The notes beneath the pieces were generated by a model that had not been told where the DNA came from, made no database searches, and was given only the letters and a program-made list of their open reading frames with translations. This document shows, in pieces, positions 57,479 through 64,000 of a DNA stretch of 64,000 bases. The stretch is from assembly GCA_963791045.1 (NCBI GenBank), contig CAWBQK010000011.1, forward strand, positions 256,001-320,000, read 5' to 3'. How positions within the stretch are numbered: position 1 is the first letter of the stretch; each line of letters starts with the position of its first letter. The position numbers were made by a program, and so were the translations under genes. This stretch comes from Candidatus Latescibacterota bacterium. Its GTDB lineage: Bacteria; Krumholzibacteriota; Krumholzibacteriia; WVZY01.

Positions 57479-58699
57479 TTAGTCAGCCACCCATCCGAAA
57501 AGAGGAATTCCGATGACACTGTGGGCCAGAACGGCGGTTCCATATACTGCCTCCACGATTTTGTTTACATCGACATGTTCGTTGGCCGCGTGGGCGGAGA
57601 TTTCATCGCCGGGGCCGAAGCAGACCGTGGGGATCTTGTAGTTGCCGACCAGTTTGCTTCCCGCCGTCCCCATTCCAAGCCGATCCAGCGCGCATTTGCG
57701 AATCGGAACATCGCCAAAACCCGCGGCGGCAAGCGCCGTATGAGCTTTGTCGACTGGAGGATCCAGCGGTTGAGTGGTCCAGGGTTCGGTTCTGTAGGAC
57801 ACGTCGGTCGCCAGTCCCGTGTACATTTTTTGACGTTCCTTGTGAACGTGGATGCCGAACGGGACGCGGTCGAGAATCTTCAAAGCAGAAATGACTTTGT
57901 GTTGCACCCGAGCGACGCAATCGTCGGCGGATTCGCTCATCCTGATTCGGTGGCGAATTCTTATGGTAGCCTCCGTGGTGTCGTCGACTTCCATGTATGA
58001 CGGCTGATCGATCTGGGTCATCTCGTGATCGTCCTGGTCGGTGAGATCGGGGTCCGGAGCATCAAGGTATTGATAAATCAGTTCCGATGCGCGCTTGACT
58101 CTGAATTTCTCTTTGCCCTCGATGTTTACATCGACATCGACCCACCCGTCGTGGCCGTTGCACATGGTCAGCGAGGTTGGCTCACCGAGGACGGCAAGAT
58201 CCGGTTCGAATCCGAGTTTTGGAAGTGTTTCCTCGAGCAGATGCTGGGTGCCCGCGCTGCAGCCGTTTTCTTCCGCCACCGTCGATGCGACGACGAGGTT
58301 TCCCCTCAGCGGCAGCCGGCTCTGATCCAGCACGTGTCCCGCCATGATTTGAGCGGCAAGCCCTCCCTTACAGTCGGCCGCGCCGAGACCGAAAACGTGC
58401 CCGTCCCGGCGCTCGCCTGAAAATGGGGAATCATTCCATGAACCATCAGGGCGGACCGTGTCCATATGGGAGCTCAGAAGTACCGTCGGCCCATCCTCTC
58501 CTCCCACCATGATGCCGATCACGTTCCCCGCGGCATCTCTGAAGACGAGATCATAATCCATCTCCTCCAATATATTCTGGACGCGGTCCGCCATTTTCCT
58601 TTCCTGCAGGCTGAAGCTCGGAATCCGGATGAGTTGTTGGGTAATCCGGATCGTCTCCTCGCGGAGGTTGTCGGTCATTTCTCTAATTTGCCGGTACAC
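57479..58699 (-). CDS. M20-family metallohydrolase (ArgE/DapE/YgeY-like)
   Basis: SHMDTV, G.GAAD.KGG, EE, LGEPT and FGPG...AH..NEH. Confidence 0.9.
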   Translation of the reverse strand: MYRQIREMTDNLREETIRITQQLIRIPSFSLQERKMADRVQNILEEMDYDLVFRDAAGNVIGIMVGGEDGPTVLLSSHMDTVRPDGSWNDSPFSGERRDGHVFGLGAADCKGGLAAQIMAGHVLDQSRLPLRGNLVVASTVAEENGCSAGTQHLLEETLPKLGFEPDLAVLGEPTSLTMCNGHDGWVDVDVNIEGKEKFRVKRASELIYQYLDAPDPDLTDQDDHEMTQIDQPSYMEVDDTTEATIRIRHRIRMSESADDCVARVQHKVISALKILDRVPFGIHVHKERQKMYTGLATDVSYRTEPWTTQPLDPPVDKAHTALAAAGFGDVPIRKCALDRLGMGTAGSKLVGNYKIPTVCFGPGDEISAHAANEHVDVNKIVEAVYGTAVLAHSVIGIPLFGWVAD

Positions 58700-58748
58700 G
58701 GCCCTTTGACTCCCTTAAATTCAGTAGTTAGTTGAACCTTAGCTAAGG

Positions 58749-58763
58749 GCAAGGGGCATGCCA
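58749..58763 (-). promoter_or_regulatory. Sigma-54 promoter of the M20-apbE-cytochrome-rnf operon
   Basis: Minus strand TGGCATGCCCCTTGC (GG-N10-GC), 50 nt upstream of the M20 start. Confidence 0.85.
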
Positions 58764-58820
58764 TAATAGCAGGACCTTGTAAGCGATTTAATATTAGCAG
58801 GTTATGTGGCAAATCCACGC

Positions 58821-58875
58821 TTGACAAATAGGCGCAATCATTCTATTATGGAATATAAGTATTTCAAAACGAAAA
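58821..58875 (+). promoter_or_regulatory. Sigma-70 promoter of the activator overlapped by two putative UAS palindromes
   Basis: TTGACA (58821)-17-TATTAT (58844); ATTCTATTATGGAAT (58840-58854) and ATTTCAAAACGAAAA (58861-58875), 21 bp apart. Confidence 0.7.
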
Positions 58876-58876
58876 G

Positions 58877-60511
58877 GTGGTCGCGATGCGCGCCGAGGAC
58901 CTGAGACTCGAAGATTTGGTGACATTTTCTGAAGGAATCGTCAGCCTCCACGGGAGACGGTTGGTGCTGCATGATATCCACGCGATGGCCCAGTTGCGCA
59001 AGGACCTCGTCGAGACTATCGGTGGGCAGCAAACCCGGCGTATATTGACGCGTTTTGGATTTTACTGGGGAGAAGCGGATGCCGCCGCCATGCAGCGCAT
59101 TGTCCAATGGCGAAACGTTGCGGAGTGGATGCGGGCGGGTCCCCAGCTCCACCGTCTCCAGGGTGTCGCCAATGTGGAGATAAAGTCCTTTAATCTAAGG
59201 GATTATGGGGAGTTTCACATCGAAGTGCACTGGCATGAATCCGCGGAAGCTGAAGAACAACTCATTGAACTTGGAGAGACCGCGGCTGGCGGTTGTTGGA
59301 TCACGCTTGGTTACGCCAGCGGATACGCATCCTATTGTCTTGGCAGTCCGGTTTATTTCAAGGAGACGAGTTGTCGGGGGCGGGGTGACAAGCACTGTAT
59401 TGCCGTCGGGAAAGATAGTAAAACGTGGGGTGAGGATGCGGAGGTCTTGTCGCTGGACTACCAGGGGGATGATATCAAGGGCAAGATTGATGAGATGGCG
59501 ACTGAACTCCGAAAGAAAACGCTCGAGTTGGCGCGGCAACGTAAAAAACTCAAACGGGTCAACCCGATCGCGGGTCCGAACACCGCGGAGACGAGGAGCA
59601 AGTCCTTTCAGCAGGTTCTTGACTCGGCGCGCCGGGTGGCGCGATTCGACTCGTCGGTTTTGATTACGGGAGAGAGTGGTGTCGGAAAAGAAGTTGTGGC
59701 CCGATTTGTCCATGAAAACTCACCACGAAGCCGCAAAGCGTTTGTTGCAATCAACTGCGGGGCGCTTCCCGAAACACTCCTCGAAAGCGAACTTTTTGGC
59801 CACAAGGCTGGATCCTTCACTGGCGCCATCCGCGACCGGGCGGGGTTGTTCGAACAGGCGTCCGGCGGGACGATTCTTCTCGATGAAATCGGTGACGTAA
59901 CGCCGGCGCTTCAGGTGACCCTGCTTCGGGTCCTTCAGGAGAAAAAAATCCGGCGCGTGGGGGACAATACGTTTCGGGATGTTGATGTCCGCATCATCGC
60001 CGCGACCAACCGAAAGCTGGATCAGGAAGTGCGCGAGGGGCGTTTCCGTGACGACCTGTTTTATCGGCTCCGTGTTGTCGAAGTCCACATTCCGCCGCTG
60101 CGGGAGCGCGTCGTCGACATTATGCCCCTTGCCCGCTTCTTTGTGGAGCGGCTGAGCAAACGGCTCAGAATTCGCCGTCTGGCGATTGAGCCGGATTGTC
60201 TCCGCTTCCTCGAAACCTACCCGTGGCCGGGGAACGTGCGCGAACTCGAGAATGCCCTCGAAAGAGCGGCAGTGATGACCGATGATGGCTGGATTCGTGT
60301 GGAGCATCTGCCGCCCGACATGGTCGAAAACGATGTCTTTGGCAGCGGGACGGTTTCGAGCCTGAAGAGAACGCTTGCCGACACGGAACGAGATTACGTT
60401 CTCGCGGTATTAAAGACGGTCGATGGGAACAAGACCCACGCGGCGAAGATTCTCGGAATCGGCAACACAACACTCTGGCGAAAACTTAAGGAGTGGGGCA
60501 CAGAGACCTGA
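58877..60511 (+). CDS. Sigma-54-dependent activator with XylR-N/V4R sensor domain
   Basis: XylR-N (RLVLH...QLRKDL...RFG..WG..D), V4R (C...GYASGY...E..C.G.GD..C), GESGVGKE, ESELFGH..GSFTGA and Fis HTH. Confidence 0.93.
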   Translation: MVAMRAEDLRLEDLVTFSEGIVSLHGRRLVLHDIHAMAQLRKDLVETIGGQQTRRILTRFGFYWGEADAAAMQRIVQWRNVAEWMRAGPQLHRLQGVANVEIKSFNLRDYGEFHIEVHWHESAEAEEQLIELGETAAGGCWITLGYASGYASYCLGSPVYFKETSCRGRGDKHCIAVGKDSKTWGEDAEVLSLDYQGDDIKGKIDEMATELRKKTLELARQRKKLKRVNPIAGPNTAETRSKSFQQVLDSARRVARFDSSVLITGESGVGKEVVARFVHENSPRSRKAFVAINCGALPETLLESELFGHKAGSFTGAIRDRAGLFEQASGGTILLDEIGDVTPALQVTLLRVLQEKKIRRVGDNTFRDVDVRIIAATNRKLDQEVREGRFRDDLFYRLRVVEVHIPPLRERVVDIMPLARFFVERLSKRLRIRRLAIEPDCLRFLETYPWPGNVRELENALERAAVMTDDGWIRVEHLPPDMVENDVFGSGTVSSLKRTLADTERDYVLAVLKTVDGNKTHAAKILGIGNTTLWRKLKEWGTET

Positions 60512-60556
60512 CGTCACAAACCCTCGATTTTCAACGTCCTTCTTCAAAATCATACC

Positions 60557-60660
60557 ATTTCAAATCGGAATAAATGTTTTGTCGGGTTGAACGTCACCTG
60601 GCTGCAACCGGATATATATAAATAGGTTATAGCGCCCGTGAAATTTGGCATGTGAGTTGC
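60557..60660 (+). promoter_or_regulatory. Sigma-54 promoter of gdh with putative UAS and IHF site
   Basis: ATTTCAAATCGGAAT (60557-60571), IHF-like TATAAATAGGTTA (60617-60629) and TGGCATGTGAGTTGC (60646-60660). Confidence 0.8.
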
Positions 60661-60839
60661 CGTCGTACTTCCTGTATAGTTAAATATCACTTGATTTTAT
60701 CGGCGGTGGCGAGTGGAGCGGATGATGGCGGATGAGAATGGGGATTACAACCGGCCGAAAAACAAGATTGCATTGACCGCACCATTAAACGATTGAGAAC
60801 CCTTTGGTTTTCCGTGGGAGGAGGCGACAGGTAATCATT

Positions 60840-62156
60840 ATGTCGACAAACAAAGGCGGATCTTCTGGCAGTAAAAACAAAGCATTTAATTCGTTTGAGA
60901 TGGCACAAGCTCAATTTGACACTGTTGCTGAAATTTTGACTCTGGATACCGCGACGCGGCATCTGCTTCGACAGCCGCTTCGTGAATTCTCGTTCGCAAT
61001 ACCGGTGAGAATGGACGATGGGAGTGTCGAGGTGTTTCGCGGATTCCGCGTTCAGCACAATGACGCGAGGGGTCCGGGAAAAGGCGGGATCCGATTTCAC
61101 CCGCAGGAGACACTGGACACTGTTCGAGCGCTCGCCATGTGGATGACCTGGAAGTGTGCCGTGGTCGACATCCCTCTTGGTGGTGCCAAGGGAGGGGTTA
61201 TCTGCGATCCCCACAACCTCAGCGCTCGTGAACAGGAACGGCTGTGCCGCGGTTGGGTTCGGCAGATCGCCCGGAACGTTGGTCCGACGACCGATGTACC
61301 GGCACCCGACGTGATGACGTCCGCACAGCATATGCTGTGGATGCTGGATGAGTTCGAAACGATCCATGGGAGCAAGCTTCCGGGGTTTATCACTGGAAAA
61401 CCTGTTGGCATGGGCGGGTCATTGGGTCGAACGGAGGCCACCGGATTTGGCGTTGTGTTCACGATCCGTGAAGCACTCAAGGAACTCGGAATCCGGGCTT
61501 CCGACACAACAGCGAGTGTCCAAGGATTTGGCAACGTAGCGCAGTACGCGATCGAGTTGTACCTTCAGCTTGGTGGAAGGGTGTGTTGTGTATCGTCCTG
61601 GGATCAGGAAGAGCAGACGTCGTACGCCTTCAGAAAAAGCGACGGATTAGATCTCGACGAACTTCGCGGCATAACAAATCGCTTCGGTGGGATCGACAAG
61701 GAAAAAGCGCGCGACCTGGGTTACGATGTGCTTCCAGGTGATGATTGGATTTCTCAGGATGTGGATATATTGTTGCCGGCGGCGTTGGAAAATCAGATCA
61801 ACGGCGAGAGCAGTCTCCGGATCAGCAAAAAAGTCAAAATCGTGGCAGAAGGAGCCAACGGCCCCACGTCTCCCGAGGCAGATGCGGTGCTCAAGGAACG
61901 GGGGATTTACGTCATCCCCGATTTCCTTGCAAACGCCGGCGGAGTGACCTGCAGCTACTTCGAACAGGTTCAAAGCAACATGAACTATTTCTGGGAGCGG
62001 GACGACGTGCTTGGCCGACTCGACATCAAAATGACATCGGCATTCGTCGCGGTGAGTGAACTTGCCAGGAAGAAGAAGCTCTCCATGCGTGAAGCAGGGT
62101 ACGCGATCGCTATCGACCGTGTTGCCAAGGCCTGCAGAGATCGAGGATGGGTGTAG
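60840..62156 (+). CDS. gdhA: Glu/Leu/Phe/Val dehydrogenase, probably glutamate dehydrogenase
   Basis: RVQHN.ARGPGKGGIRF, MTWK, GGAKGG, DVPAPD, GGSLGRTEATG, QGFGNV and EGANGP. Confidence 0.88.
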   Translation: MSTNKGGSSGSKNKAFNSFEMAQAQFDTVAEILTLDTATRHLLRQPLREFSFAIPVRMDDGSVEVFRGFRVQHNDARGPGKGGIRFHPQETLDTVRALAMWMTWKCAVVDIPLGGAKGGVICDPHNLSAREQERLCRGWVRQIARNVGPTTDVPAPDVMTSAQHMLWMLDEFETIHGSKLPGFITGKPVGMGGSLGRTEATGFGVVFTIREALKELGIRASDTTASVQGFGNVAQYAIELYLQLGGRVCCVSSWDQEEQTSYAFRKSDGLDLDELRGITNRFGGIDKEKARDLGYDVLPGDDWISQDVDILLPAALENQINGESSLRISKKVKIVAEGANGPTSPEADAVLKERGIYVIPDFLANAGGVTCSYFEQVQSNMNYFWERDDVLGRLDIKMTSAFVAVSELARKKKLSMREAGYAIAIDRVAKACRDRGWV

Positions 62157-62224
62157 CGACCATCGTACGCGGCCGGGGAGCGTATTAGCCGTGTAATTTC
62201 TTCCGGAAGTGATGATAACTGCCA

Positions 62225-63969
62225 TGGCTGTTTTTGGAAAAAAAGATCTTCCTCCTTTCTCAAGGGCTTTTTGGGAGTCGGATGAACCGTTCAGCCGGAT
62301 TGGCGATGGTGAACTTGGAGGCAAGGCCCATGGTCTGGTTTTTATAAGGGACATTGTCGAAGCGGAGCTCAAGAATGGGCGGTATCGTGACATCGTTTTG
62401 AACATTCCCAAGTCCGTTGTGTTGACGACGAGTGTTTTCGACGCTTTTATGGATCGAAACGACTTGTTCGACATGGCCTTATCGGATGCGCCGGATGACA
62501 GAATTGCCCTCGCGTTTCAGGAGGGAAGCCTCCCGGTGGAAGTTGTCGGTGACTTGAGGGCGTTGGTCCAGGGAATCCACCAGCCGCTGGCCGTCAGGTC
62601 ATCGAGCTTGTTGGAAGACGCGCTCTTTCGCCCGTTTGCCGGTGTTTATGGAACCAAAATGATTCCGAATAATCAGCCTGATCCTGCGGTTCGTTTCAAA
62701 AAGCTGGTTGAGGCCATCAAATTTGTTTACGCCTCGGTGTACTCGAAATCGGCAAAAAGTTATATCGGCACAACCGACACCGATATTCAACATGAGAAAA
62801 TGGCTGTGCTCATCCAGGAAGTCGTGGGCGTACACCGGAACGAACGTTTTTATCCGCATATTTCCGGCGTGGCGAAGTCCTTTAATTTCTATCGGTCTGG
62901 GCCCGCCAAACCATCTGAAGGTGTCGTTAGCCTTGCGCTGGGGCTTGGGAAAACGATAGTCGATGGGGGACTAGCCTGGTCCTATTCTCCGGCACATCCC
63001 AAGGCTCCGCCGCCGTTTGCATCGGCAACCGACATGTTAAAGCAGACCCAAGCGAAGTTCTGGGCGGTTGGAATGGGCAAACCACCGGCGTTCGATCCAA
63101 TTAATGAGGCCGAGTATCTAACAGCGTCGGATTTGGCAACTGCGGAATACGACGACACGCTTCGGTATGTTGCGTCGACCTACGACGCCCGATCGGACCG
63201 TATAGTCCCCGGTACCGGGCCCGACGGTCCACGGGTAATCAATTTCAGCCCGATTCTCGTTCATAAGCAGCTTCCGCTCAATGAGCTTTTGAAAGAGCTC
63301 CTTCACGTTTGTGAGAATGCCGTGGGGGCCAAGGTCGAAATCGAGTTTGCCGTGACGTTACCGGACAGCCGGTCATCGACGGCGCGTTTTGGTTTTCTCC
63401 AGATCAGACCGATGGTTGTCTCGGATGAAGTCGTCGAGTTGGATGACGATGCCTTCGACTCGCCGGATATCCTCGTCGCGTCGGATCGTGTCATGGGTAA
63501 TGGGGTCGATTCGACGATTCACGATATCGTTTATGTCAAACCGGATGAGTTCGACGCGAAGTTTACACGTCAGATTGCCGGGCAGCTGGACGTCGCTAAC
63601 AAGAAACTGATTTCCGAAGCGTGTCCCTATCTTTTGATTGGATTCGGCCGATGGGGCAGCGTCGATCCGTGGCTCGGAATCCCGGTGGAATGGGGACAGA
63701 TCTTCGGCGCAAAAGTCATCGTGGAGGCGACGCTCCCGAAGATGAATGTCGACCCGAGTCAGGGAGCCCACTTTTTTCACAACCTATCGAGCTTCAAGGT
63801 CAGTTATTTTTCGATACATCACGGGCGATCTCCCGGTATTGATTGGGAGTGGCTGGAAAGCCGGCAGACCATCAGCGAAACCGAGTTTATCCGGCATGTA
63901 CGGTTGGGTTCTCCCTTGCAAGTCAGGGTGGACGGCCGAACGGGCCGGGGTGTCATTCGGCATGCGTGA
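62225..63969 (+). CDS. PEP-synthase-like ATP-grasp (PPDK_N) protein without phospho-His domain
   Basis: LGGKA.GL, AVRSSSLLED, FAGVY.T, EIEFA, LQIRP, G.GRWGS.DPWLGIPV.W..I and PSQG.HFF.N. Confidence 0.85.
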
Positions 63970-64000
63970 CCGGTCTGCACTTAAATGCAACGCCAAAGGC

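Noticed and set aside
1-64000. CRISPR arrays, tRNA/rRNA genes, transposases, integrases and phage genes
   Set aside because: No regularly spaced direct repeats, cloverleaf or rRNA-like segments, or mobile-element protein motifs were seen. The three palindromic copies are dispersed, not arrayed.

Overview
Bacterial chromosomal window of moderately high GC with about 55 genes. I found no rRNA, tRNA, CRISPR array, integrase or transposase. Secreted proteins ending in a FlgD-Ig/T9SS-like domain or a 'SWGAIKSMF' tail, plus a SprA-like lipoprotein, suggest an FCB-superphylum candidate lineage such as Latescibacterota/Krumholzibacteria (inference only). The left two thirds holds lipid-synthesis genes, hflKC, kefGB, peptidases, transporters, ion channels, a decaying gene cluster at about 19.7-22.5 kb, a two-component system and polX-nth. 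The best candidate for an undescribed system is at 48.9-64 kb. A XylR-N/V4R sigma-54 activator sits between two sigma-54 promoters that share an upstream operator-like motif. One promoter drives M20 hydrolase - apbE - Cys-rich protein - octaheme cytochrome c - rnfCDGEA - rnfB::GltD/NfnB-like fusion; the other drives glutamate dehydrogenase and a PEP-synthase-like ATP-grasp protein. This Rnf looks rewired: RnfC lacks the Gly-rich NADH/FMN motif, RnfD lacks the FMN-attachment Thr, and RnfB carries its own FAD/NAD(P)H module. Other notable items are a three-copy intergenic palindromic element with compensatory base changes, a cofactor-less NfnA-like protein coupled to polX-nth, several unusual domain fusions, and five +1 frameshifts that may be sequencing errors. 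All family calls come from motif recognition by eye; no database search was run.
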